From: Nitrospinota bacterium
GTDB lineage: Bacteria; UBA8248
NCBI GenBank assembly: GCA_030754595.1
Contig: JASLZZ010000098.1
Location: 1-60,153 of the forward strand
Length of the DNA stretch: 60,153 nucleotides
Direction: 5' to 3'
Within the stretch, counting starts at the first letter, position 1; each line of letters begins with the position of its first letter. The notes below the pieces were generated by a model, which did not search any database, was not told the DNA's origin, and saw nothing but the letters and a program-made list of their open reading frames with translations. Positions 39,258 through 47,870 of this stretch are shown here, one piece after another. The position numbers and the translations under genes were made by a program.

Positions 39258-40787
39258 ATGAAGAGAAAGATGGTGTTGGCTTTGGTTCTTGCAGTGTCCT
39301 TTTTGTGGACCTCTGCAACGGTAAATGCTGCATCCAAGGGCAAGGTCGTTCTGGGCATGGCGGGAGCGCTGTCCACGTTTGACCCGCACACTTTCAGCTC
39401 GCTTCCGATTTCGATGCACCACACGAATGTGTTCGAGACGCTTCTTACTCGATCGCCGGACGGGAAACTGACCACCCTGCTGGCGAAAAGCTACAAAATG
39501 GCGAGCCCCAAGGTATGGGAATTCAAGCTTCGCGAGGGGCTTAAATTCAGCAACGGGGATCCGATTAACGCCGAAGCCGTAAAATTCAGCTTCGAGCGGA
39601 TTCTCGATCCCAAGTTGAAGTCCAAGCAGTACCGCTACTTCAAGAGCATCAAGAGCTTGAAGGTGGTCGATGAGTACACCGTCCAGATTCATACGAAAAA
39701 AGCGGACCCGATGCTCCCGCCGTTCCTGGCAATTTACGGGTTCATCGTTCCGCCCAAGTATTACAAAAAGCACAACAAGAAATTCCTGGCCCGCAATCCG
39801 GTCGGAAGCGGCCCCTACGTCGTGAAGAAATGGCGTAAGGGAGAGGACCTGGTTTACGAGGAAAATCCGAACGCCTGGAGAAAGCCCAAGGTCAAGACCG
39901 CGATCGTCAAGTTCATTCCCGAATCGACCACCCGCGTGGCGGCCCTTATCTCGGGCGACGTGGACATCATCGACAACCTTCCGCCCGGGCTCGCTGGCCG
40001 TGTCAGCTCCAGCAAAGGCGCACGGGTCATCAAGAAACAGTCTCCGAGGACCAATTACATTCTCATGGTTATCAAAAAAGGCGCGCCCTGGATGGATGTC
40101 CGTGTCCGCCGGGCGATGAATCTCGCCATCGACCGGAATTCCATTACCAAGAACATAATGATGGGATTCGCCAAGCCCGTGGCCGTTCTTGATGGTCCCG
40201 CCAGCTTTGGCCATAACCCGAACCTGAAGCCTTATCCGTATAACCCTGAGAAAGCGAAAAAGATGCTCGCCGAGGCCGGTTTCGGCAAGGGCTTTTCGTT
40301 CGACGTTTACATTCCGCGCGGCCGCTTCATGATGGGCAAGGAAGCGCTCGAGGGCATCGCCGGTCAGTGGGCCAGGGTCGGTCTCAAGGCGAATGTTCGG
40401 GTGATGGAATGGGGCTCGATGAAGAAAATTATCTTCAGCAAATACAAGGACAACGTGAAGCCGTTCCTGTACTACCTGGCGCGCATGAACACGGCGTTCA
40501 GCACAGAGCATATGTTCGCCGGCGCGATTAGCAGCCGCTCCGCCTACGGCGGATTCCGGGACAAAGGCATCGACAAGTTGATCAACGAAGCCAGGTCCAC
40601 CATGGACAATGCGGCAAGAGAGAAAAAGTATCAGGAAATCGGCCGGATTTTGCGCCATGAAAAAGTGCCGATAGTTCCTCTGTATCAAACCTTCCGGATT
40701 TTCGGCGTGCAAAAGAAGCTTTCGTGGACACCGCGCGCCGACGGTAAATTGATCGCCGCCGAAGTTGGTCTGGCGGGTTCAAACTAA
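39258..40787 (+). CDS. Peptide/nickel (family 5) ABC transporter substrate-binding protein
   Basis: Signal peptide ending VNA; FDPH, LAKSY, FKLREGLKFSNGDP, PVGSGPY, VRRAMNLAIDR. Confidence 0.92.
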   Translation: MKRKMVLALVLAVSFLWTSATVNAASKGKVVLGMAGALSTFDPHTFSSLPISMHHTNVFETLLTRSPDGKLTTLLAKSYKMASPKVWEFKLREGLKFSNGDPINAEAVKFSFERILDPKLKSKQYRYFKSIKSLKVVDEYTVQIHTKKADPMLPPFLAIYGFIVPPKYYKKHNKKFLARNPVGSGPYVVKKWRKGEDLVYEENPNAWRKPKVKTAIVKFIPESTTRVAALISGDVDIIDNLPPGLAGRVSSSKGARVIKKQSPRTNYILMVIKKGAPWMDVRVRRAMNLAIDRNSITKNIMMGFAKPVAVLDGPASFGHNPNLKPYPYNPEKAKKMLAEAGFGKGFSFDVYIPRGRFMMGKEALEGIAGQWARVGLKANVRVMEWGSMKKIIFSKYKDNVKPFLYYLARMNTAFSTEHMFAGAISSRSAYGGFRDKGIDKLINEARSTMDNAAREKKYQEIGRILRHEKVPIVPLYQTFRIFGVQKKLSWTPRADGKLIAAEVGLAGSN

Positions 40788-40807
40788 GTCGTAGTTTATT
40801 TTTAATC

Positions 40808-40842
40808 CCCCTGGCAGAGGGAGGTCATCCCTCTGCCAGGGG
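40808..40842 (+). terminator. Perfect 15-bp hairpin after the substrate-binding gene (partial terminator or mRNA stabiliser)
   Basis: CCCCTGGCAGAGGGA-ggtca-TCCCTCTGCCAGGGG, followed by TGTTTCT. Confidence 0.75.
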
Positions 40843-40885
40843 TGTTTCTGCGCCTAATTTATATTGGCGACAAATGGATGAATAG

Positions 40886-41803
40886 ATGGCTGGCTACGTA
40901 GTCAAACGCGTAATTCAGGCGATCTTCTTGCTCAAGTTGGTGATGATCATCGTGTTTTTGCTTCTTCACATGACGGGAGATCCCGTATCCGTCATGATGG
41001 ACACCGATGCGACCCTGGAAGACATCGCTTATATGAAAAAACTGATGGGCTTCGATCAGCCTTTGTGGGTCCAGTACGCCCGATTTTTTAAAGGCGCGAT
41101 ACAGGGGAATTTCGGGGAATCGATTGAGCATGGAGAACCCGCGATGGCCCTTGTGCTTGAGCGCTTTCCCGCGACTTTAGAGATGGCTTTGGGTGCGTTC
41201 ATGTTCGCGGTCGTGATCGGGATTCCGTTTGGATGCCTGGCGGCGTTCAAGGAGGGCTCGCTCTACGACAAGGGCTGTGTGGGGATATCCGTTCTGATTC
41301 AGGCGGTTCCGGATTTTTGGCTGGCCATCATGTTTATCATGTTTTTTTCCGTGTTCCTGGGTGTGTTGCCCTCGTTCGGGCGTGGCGGCTGGTCTCATTT
41401 CATCATGCCCGCCTTCGCCGCCTCGACATATCACTTGGCGCGGATGGCGCGGCTGATGCGCTCTCAGATGCTTGAGGTGATGCGGCAGGATTACATCACG
41501 ACGGCGCGCGCCAAAGGGTTGAACGAGAAAATAATTCTCATGGTTCATGCCCTCAAAAATTCCGCGATACCCATTGTGACGGTGCTGGGGTTGGACCTGG
41601 GAATTTTACTTGGCGGAACGGTGATCATTGAAGTTGTTTTCGCATGGCCGGGCGTTGGCCGGCTTGTCGTGCAGGCGATCGCGAATCGCGACTTTCCGAT
41701 TGTGCAGTCCGCAGTTTTTCTGATGGCCTCGGGATTTGTCATCATCAACCTGACGGTCGATTTGCTTTACGCCTATCTTGACCCACGGATATCCTACTCA
41801 TGA
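40886..41803 (+). CDS. Peptide ABC transporter permease (DppB-like)
   Basis: GDP, DQPLWVQY, PATLE, PDFWL, DYITTARAKG, HALKN, FAWPGVG, DPRI. Confidence 0.93.
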   Translation: MAGYVVKRVIQAIFLLKLVMIIVFLLLHMTGDPVSVMMDTDATLEDIAYMKKLMGFDQPLWVQYARFFKGAIQGNFGESIEHGEPAMALVLERFPATLEMALGAFMFAVVIGIPFGCLAAFKEGSLYDKGCVGISVLIQAVPDFWLAIMFIMFFSVFLGVLPSFGRGGWSHFIMPAFAASTYHLARMARLMRSQMLEVMRQDYITTARAKGLNEKIILMVHALKNSAIPIVTVLGLDLGILLGGTVIIEVVFAWPGVGRLVVQAIANRDFPIVQSAVFLMASGFVIINLTVDLLYAYLDPRISYS

Positions 41804-42723
41804 CGGTGGCCAGGCATGCAATAGAGATTCCCGCGAACCTCGACGGCAACGGGCTGGTCCGCGAGGAGAACCGCTGGCGAAAGGCGATGGCATCGCTTCT
41901 GAAGGATAAATCCGCGCTCTTTGGCGTTCTTATTCTTTTGGGAGTCGTCATTTGTGCGGTTCTGGCGCCCATAATCTCGCCCGCGAGTCCTCACGAGCAG
42001 TTGTTGAGCCGTGCTCTGAAGCCGCCGATGTGGACGGATGGGCACAGGACCTTCCTGCTGGGCACGGATCATCTCGGAAGAGATTACCTGAGCCGTCTCA
42101 TATACGGAACGCGCGTTTCCCTGATCGTCGGGTTTTTCGCGGTTTTTCTCACCGGGAGCGTCGGGTTGCTCGTGGGTCTGGTCTCGGGTTATTTCGGCGG
42201 GAAAATAGATTTTGTCTTGATGCGGCTGGTCGATCTTGTTCTTTCGTTTCCATTTATTTTATTGGCATTGGCCACTATCGCCATTGTCGGTCCGAGTCTG
42301 ACGGTCTTGATCCTCGTCATGTCGATGCGGATATGGGTGATTTACGCCCGGGTTGTGCGCGGCGAAGTCCTCTCCCTACGCGAGCAGGAGTTCATTCAGG
42401 CGGCCAGGAGCATCGGCGGCAGCCATTTTCGGATTATTTTTCGTCATATACTCCCGAACGTGCTCGCACCCGTTGTTATCATCGCATCCTTATACTTGGG
42501 AAGAATGATCATAATCGAGGCGGGTCTCAGTTTTCTGGGGCTCGGTGTTCCGCCGCCGACCCCCACTTGGGGCGGCTTATTGAGCGACGGGAAAGTTCAT
42601 CTGTATACCGCCTGGTGGGTGGTTACGTTTCCAGGCCTCGCCATTACGCTTACGGTGCTGGGATCGAACTTGGTGGGTGACTGGCTACGAAATGTTTTGG
42701 ACCCGCGGTTGAACTCTTTGTAA
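41800..42723 (+). CDS. Peptide ABC transporter permease (DppC-like)
   Basis: LGTDHLGRD.LSRLIYG.RVSL, EFIQAAR, RHILPN, EAGLSFLGLG, GDWLR..LDPR; ATGA overlap with the upstream gene. Confidence 0.93.
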   Translation: MTVARHAIEIPANLDGNGLVREENRWRKAMASLLKDKSALFGVLILLGVVICAVLAPIISPASPHEQLLSRALKPPMWTDGHRTFLLGTDHLGRDYLSRLIYGTRVSLIVGFFAVFLTGSVGLLVGLVSGYFGGKIDFVLMRLVDLVLSFPFILLALATIAIVGPSLTVLILVMSMRIWVIYARVVRGEVLSLREQEFIQAARSIGGSHFRIIFRHILPNVLAPVVIIASLYLGRMIIIEAGLSFLGLGVPPPTPTWGGLLSDGKVHLYTAWWVVTFPGLAITLTVLGSNLVGDWLRNVLDPRLNSL

Positions 42724-42760
42724 TCTTTCAAGGAAGTGCCGCGAACAGGAGATATTTTTT

Positions 42761-43789
42761 ATGAGCTCAGAACCATTGAAGGTGGCTGTCGTCGGTCTTG
42801 GGCGTTGGGGGAACACGCTGGCCTCCGCGATTCAAAAAACGCAGGATATGAAAATCGTGAACTGCTTCACCCGGACACCGGAGAAGCGCAAAGCTTTCAC
42901 AGAAAAATTCGGCTGCGGCGAAGAGGAAACTTATGAGGCGTTAGTCAAGAATCCCGAGGTGGATGCCGTCGTTATCTCGGCTCCGAATAACAAGCATTCC
43001 GAGTTGGCCATCGCTGCGGCTAGGGAGGGAAAGCACGTTTTCGTGGACAAGCCCATTGCCGCCTCCCTTTCGGACGCCAAGGCGATGATTAAAACGTGTG
43101 ACGACGCTGGCGTAATTCTCGCCGTGGGAGCGAGTTCGCGGCGCCTGAGAGGCCATCGACTGTTCAAGAAGCTGATCGACGAAGGGGTGCTGGGCACTAT
43201 CGCGTTGGCCGAGACCAACTATTCCAACGATCGGGGACTTTACTACACGCCGGAAAACTGGCAGTGGTATGCATCGGGCTCGCCCGGCGGCCCCTTGATG
43301 CAGGTCGCCATTCACCAGGTGGATAATTTTCTATACCTCTTCGGGCGGGTTAAGAAAGTATCGGCCGCTTTCAACAAAATCAAGACTAAATCGGAAATTC
43401 CCGATGTATGCGTCCTCTGGCTAGAGTTCGAATCGGGTCTGTTGGGCACGCTCGGCACGAGTTTTATCAGCCCTCGAACGACAAATGGCCGCTACAACTA
43501 TTTTCTCAACGCTTACGGTGATGAAGCGAATCTCTATCATGACCGCTGGGATGGGATATACACGCTGAAAAAAGACGGGGAGGATAGAGAGCGCATCGAG
43601 TATGAAGAATATGAGGGCCACGATTATTTGGACGATGAGTTCGAAGATTTCTCAGGGGCCATCAGAGATAGTCGCCCGCCCGAGGTAGGTGGTCCGGAAG
43701 GTCTCCACGTTCTGAGCATTGTCTGGGCGGCGATGGAATCCGCCGAGCGCGGCCAGCCGGTGGAGGTGGCGGAAGTCATCGGAGAATAA
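42761..43789 (+). CDS. Gfo/Idh/MocA family oxidoreductase
   Basis: VVGLGRWG, VDAV, GKHVFVDKP, GGPLMQVAIHQVD. Confidence 0.92.
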   Translation: MSSEPLKVAVVGLGRWGNTLASAIQKTQDMKIVNCFTRTPEKRKAFTEKFGCGEEETYEALVKNPEVDAVVISAPNNKHSELAIAAAREGKHVFVDKPIAASLSDAKAMIKTCDDAGVILAVGASSRRLRGHRLFKKLIDEGVLGTIALAETNYSNDRGLYYTPENWQWYASGSPGGPLMQVAIHQVDNFLYLFGRVKKVSAAFNKIKTKSEIPDVCVLWLEFESGLLGTLGTSFISPRTTNGRYNYFLNAYGDEANLYHDRWDGIYTLKKDGEDRERIEYEEYEGHDYLDDEFEDFSGAIRDSRPPEVGGPEGLHVLSIVWAAMESAERGQPVEVAEVIGE

Positions 43790-43831
43790 ATTTTTGTATT
43801 CGAAAAATTCAGGAGGTGTTTATCTGTCCAG

Positions 43832-43853
43832 GTCCTATTGATAGGACTATAAT
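43832..43853 (+). promoter_or_regulatory. Palindromic operator abutting a perfect -10 box
   Basis: GTCCTAT-TG-ATAGGAC immediately followed by TATAAT, upstream of the third ACAD. Confidence 0.65.
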
Positions 43854-43940
43854 ACATATTGAATTGTCTCTGGCGGCCGTGAAGATTCAGTGAGCCCTGA
43901 CGGCTGGGCCGGCCCCACACGAAAGAGAGGAGAAGGAGGA

Positions 43941-45155
43941 ATGTTCGATTATCGGTTAACGGAAGAACAAATCGCTCTCCAGAAACTTGCCCATGAGTTC
44001 GCAGAGAAAGAGGTGCGGCCTATTGGTTTGGAGCTGGACCATAATCCCGATCCGGCCAAGGCAGCCTATATGGAGCCCCTCTTAGAAAAGGCTGACAAGG
44101 TGGGTCTTCGGACGATGGGCATCCCCGAAAGGTACGGTGGTGGCGGAATTGACGATCTGTTCAGTCATTGCGTCGTGGCCGAGGAGCTATCGTGGGGGAA
44201 CCGGGGCATCTGCGGCATGCTTCTTTCGGCGACGAAAATTACCCATATTCTGGAGAGTGAACTGTGTCCCTCCGAGGAGATTCGGGAGAAGTGGCTCCGC
44301 GCCTATTGCGATGACCCCCATTTTCTCATTTCTACGGCTACGACCGAGCCGAACTCGGGATCGGAAAACCTATTGCCTTACAGCGCTCCCGATTCGGGCT
44401 ACAGAACCTCGGCCGTTCGGGAGGGGGATGAATACGTCATCAACGGCATGAAGCATTTCGTCTCGAACATCGGCTGGGCGAAGTTGTATTTTGTTTATGT
44501 GCGCACTGATCAGACGAAAGGCGTGGACGAGGGTGCTTCTTTGATGATGATCCCAAGAGATACGCCCGGAGTCTCTCACGGGCGGGTGCATGACAAGATG
44601 GGCTACCGGCTGAACCTGAACCGGGAGTTGATGATGGACAACGTCCGCATACCGGTGGAATACCGATTGGGACCGGAAAATTGTGGCGTTTCATACATCC
44701 GCAGACACATGCGCGGCGATGCGCTGATTAACGCGGCGGCAATGGTGGGGCTGGCTCGCGCCGCCTACGAGGATACGCTTGAGTATGCGAAAACCCGCGT
44801 TGCCAGCGGAAAACCCATCATCGAGCATCAGGCGATTGCTTCGAAGATTATCGACATGTACACGGGTATCGAAGCTGCACGGGCTTATGTGCTTTATGGC
44901 GCATGGCGCGTCGATGCTGCGTGGAACGGCGTTGACGGCAAAAAAATTCCGGGTGACCCGAAAATGTCCGCCTCAGCCAGCTACTTCGCCCACGAAGTTG
45001 CCTGCGACGTGACGCGTGCTGCCATGGAAATTCACGGCGGAATGGGCGTCATGCGGGAGATTCCGATCGAGATGTACTTCCGGGACGCGCACAACATGAT
45101 GCACAGCGACGGCGGAAATATCATGAAACGGCTCAAGGCGATTAGAGGTCTTTAA
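43941..45155 (+). CDS. Acyl-CoA dehydrogenase family protein with Asp at the catalytic position (HSDGGN)
   Basis: TTEPNSGSE, INGMKHFVSN, KMGYR, GKPIIEHQAI, HGGMG, FRDA..MHSDGGN; AAGGAGG RBS. Confidence 0.9.
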   Translation: MFDYRLTEEQIALQKLAHEFAEKEVRPIGLELDHNPDPAKAAYMEPLLEKADKVGLRTMGIPERYGGGGIDDLFSHCVVAEELSWGNRGICGMLLSATKITHILESELCPSEEIREKWLRAYCDDPHFLISTATTEPNSGSENLLPYSAPDSGYRTSAVREGDEYVINGMKHFVSNIGWAKLYFVYVRTDQTKGVDEGASLMMIPRDTPGVSHGRVHDKMGYRLNLNRELMMDNVRIPVEYRLGPENCGVSYIRRHMRGDALINAAAMVGLARAAYEDTLEYAKTRVASGKPIIEHQAIASKIIDMYTGIEAARAYVLYGAWRVDAAWNGVDGKKIPGDPKMSASASYFAHEVACDVTRAAMEIHGGMGVMREIPIEMYFRDAHNMMHSDGGNIMKRLKAIRGL

Positions 45156-45181
45156 ACCTTTCGGAGGAGAATGTCGGCGCT

Positions 45182-45562
45182 ATGGCTACTCGAGTGCACC
45201 ATATTCATCATGTTGCGAAAGATCCCCACGCGGCCGCGAATTTTTATATCGAGCACTTCGGGGGCACTCTATATACGGAAGAAATCGAATACGTGGGCTC
45301 TCCCTACATGAGCGTCATGCTGGATGGGGTGGAAATTAGAATTCGGGGTCTCCGCCCCGGCGATGACGAAGAAATGCTGAAGGTGGGGCGCGGTTTACAC
45401 CATTTTGGGATACAGGTGGATGATTTGAAGGCTTTCGCCGAAAAATTGGAAAAGGCCGGGGTGGAGTTCACCAAAAAACCGGGGCCGGGCGTACTCGATT
45501 CGACAACCTCCTTCATCAAGGCGCCCGACAACGTCCTGATCGAGTTGGTGGAGGAGCCGTAG
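45182..45562 (+). CDS. VOC/glyoxalase family protein
   Basis: VHHIHH..D...AANFY, GLHHFGIQVDD, FIKAPDNVLIELVE. Confidence 0.9.
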   Translation: MATRVHHIHHVAKDPHAAANFYIEHFGGTLYTEEIEYVGSPYMSVMLDGVEIRIRGLRPGDDEEMLKVGRGLHHFGIQVDDLKAFAEKLEKAGVEFTKKPGPGVLDSTTSFIKAPDNVLIELVEEP

Positions 45563-45781
45563 GCCCAGAGGGTCGTTCCGGCAGGTCGTTCCGATAGGAA
45601 TGAAAGGTTTTGCTGATTGGGGTTTTGCTGGCCGGGGTATTCGGCCTGAATTGTTCGCCCGGCATCTTCTCAAGCCCCCGAGGAATAAATCTGCCTCCCG
45701 GTGGCTTGTGAGAAATGGGACGTGGGGCTGGGGCAATCCATTCGTGTACCGATTTCTATTTTTTCAGGGAGTATTTTGATT

Positions 45782-47002
45782 ATGCCTGGTTTTGCACGCG
45801 GGCAGTTTCTGGTTGATTACGAACAGCGCATTGATCTGAACGCCTTGCGGTCCAAGCGTGTCGATAAAACACAACAGTTCATGAAGGAAGCCGGCGTCGA
45901 TGTGCTTTTCATGGTGAAAGTGGAAAACGTCCGTTACCTGACCAGCCTGCGGGCCTCGTTTCTGGCGCACCGCGAAGGCGTCCGCGCCATGACGCTCATT
46001 ACGCAGAACGAGAAGCCTCACCTTTTTACGAACGGGGGGGAGATTCCCCGCATCACGCGCGACATGCCCTGGATAGATCATTTTCACAGCATGCCCAAGC
46101 TCGAAGAGCAGCAGCTCATGGACAAGATGGTCCGGGAAGTTTTGCGGCCCATTCTCGAGGATCTTGGTGTCATGGGCGGCAAGCTCGGCGTCGATCTCAT
46201 GGGCTTTCACATGCTCAGCGCGTATCAGCGGATATTGCCCGAAATGGAGTTGGTGGACGGTGATACCCTGATGCACAAGGTTCGCAGGCATAAGCTCGAC
46301 GAGGAGGTCTATATGATCCGCGAGGCCAGCGCCATCGCGGATGCCGTGTGTGAGGAAGCGATGGAGAGAGTGAAGCCGGGCGTCCGGGAATGCGATGTTG
46401 CGGCCGATGCCATGAAAGTGCTTCACCACTATGGCGCCGAAATGGCGCATCTGGTTTCTCCGTTTGTCGCATCGGGGGAACACATGTCTCCTCCGGCGCG
46501 GTTTGCCACGGATAAAATCATGCGTAACGGCGATATCGTATTCATCGACATCGGGGCCCAGTGGAACGGTTATTTCGGGGATGTGGCTCGGACGATGATC
46601 TGCGGCAAACCCTCTGACTTCCAGAAAAAAGTTTATACGGCGGTCCATGAAGCGCTCGGAAAGGGGCTCGAGCGCATGCGCCCCGGCTATACGAATAAGG
46701 AGGTTGCCGACGAAATCTGGGATACTGCGAAAAAATACGGACTCTCTGACAACTGGTTCAGCCTGAGCATCGGGCATGCCCTGGGCACTTCGCCCAACGA
46801 ACCTCCCTATATCGGGGAGCCCGATCCGGACTCCGAGGTCGTGCAGCTGGAGCCGGGGATGGTGTTCGCGGTTGAGCCGCTAATCTGGGTGCCGGATATT
46901 GTCGGCGGAGCAGGCGTACGGATCGAAGAGACGGTCCTCATCACGGAGGAGGGCCATGAGGTGTTGACCCGCTGCTCCATGGACGACAGTCTTCTACTTT
47001 AG
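45782..47002 (+). CDS. Xaa-Pro peptidase (M24) family protein
   Basis: Full ligand set: FIDIG, GDVART, GHALG, AVEP, RIEE; GGGAG RBS before ATG 45782. Confidence 0.9.
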   Translation: MPGFARGQFLVDYEQRIDLNALRSKRVDKTQQFMKEAGVDVLFMVKVENVRYLTSLRASFLAHREGVRAMTLITQNEKPHLFTNGGEIPRITRDMPWIDHFHSMPKLEEQQLMDKMVREVLRPILEDLGVMGGKLGVDLMGFHMLSAYQRILPEMELVDGDTLMHKVRRHKLDEEVYMIREASAIADAVCEEAMERVKPGVRECDVAADAMKVLHHYGAEMAHLVSPFVASGEHMSPPARFATDKIMRNGDIVFIDIGAQWNGYFGDVARTMICGKPSDFQKKVYTAVHEALGKGLERMRPGYTNKEVADEIWDTAKKYGLSDNWFSLSIGHALGTSPNEPPYIGEPDPDSEVVQLEPGMVFAVEPLIWVPDIVGGAGVRIEETVLITEEGHEVLTRCSMDDSLLL

Positions 47003-47076
47003 GCGGATCTGAACTTGGAGATTATCTGGTTGATTTTTCAGGCGGGGCGACTGGTTTTTTATGAAAGGACAGAGGA

Positions 47077-47870
47077 ATGACAGAGGAGAAAGCGCGGCTG
47101 GCTTTTGTTGGCTTGGGGAATTATTCGGGAGTTCTGTCGGGCACGGCGGAGCGGGCCGGAAACTGTGAAATCGTCAATTGTTTCGCCCGGACGGAATCGC
47201 GGCGAAAGTAATTCGCCGAAAAGCAAGGGTGCCGCGATGCGGCGAGTCTGGACAAGGTTCTCGGCGATCCCGAGGTGGACGGGCTCGTTGTCGTGACCCT
47301 GCACTCCACTCACGCGGACATCGTTTGCCGGGCGGCCTCCGCCGGGAAGCACGTTTTTATCGAAAAACCACTCACACTGACCGTCGCCGACGCGAGGCGG
47401 GCGGCCACCGCCGCCGGGCGGCCACCGCCGCTCGGGAGGCGAGTGTCGTTCTTCAAGTGGGGCACCACCGCCGGTTTCAGGGGGCCACGCGCCGGGTAAA
47501 AGGGTTGATCGATTCCGGCGAGTTGGGGGAAATATATCAGCTCGAGGCGAATCTCTCCGGTCCGAGTGGGGGGTCAAGAACGGGCTGGCGCAGCGACCCG
47601 GCTGAGTGCCCGGCGGGGTCGATGACCGGTCTGGGCGTTCACATGGTGGAAAACCTTCACTATCTTGCCGGGCCGGTGAAGTGCGTATCCGCGTTTTGCT
47701 CAAAAATATCCTCCGTGGGAAACCTCGACGATGTGACCAACATCATTATGGAGTTTGAAAGCGGCACGCTCGGTTATGTCGGAACGGCCTACGGAATTCC
47801 CAAGGTCTTCAACACGGCCGCTTTCGGCACCGGGGGAAACGCCTGGAGCGAGGACGAGGGCAAGCGCCTC
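47077..47870 (+). pseudogene. Gfo/Idh/MocA oxidoreductase pseudogene (TAA at 47209, 17-bp duplication frameshift, 3' end lost)
   Basis: MTEEKARLAFVGLG..RRK*FAEK..GKHVFIEKP; GCGGCCACCGCCGC repeated at 47401 and 47418; then LQVGHHRRF..GVHMVE..AWSEDEG in another frame. Confidence 0.85.
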
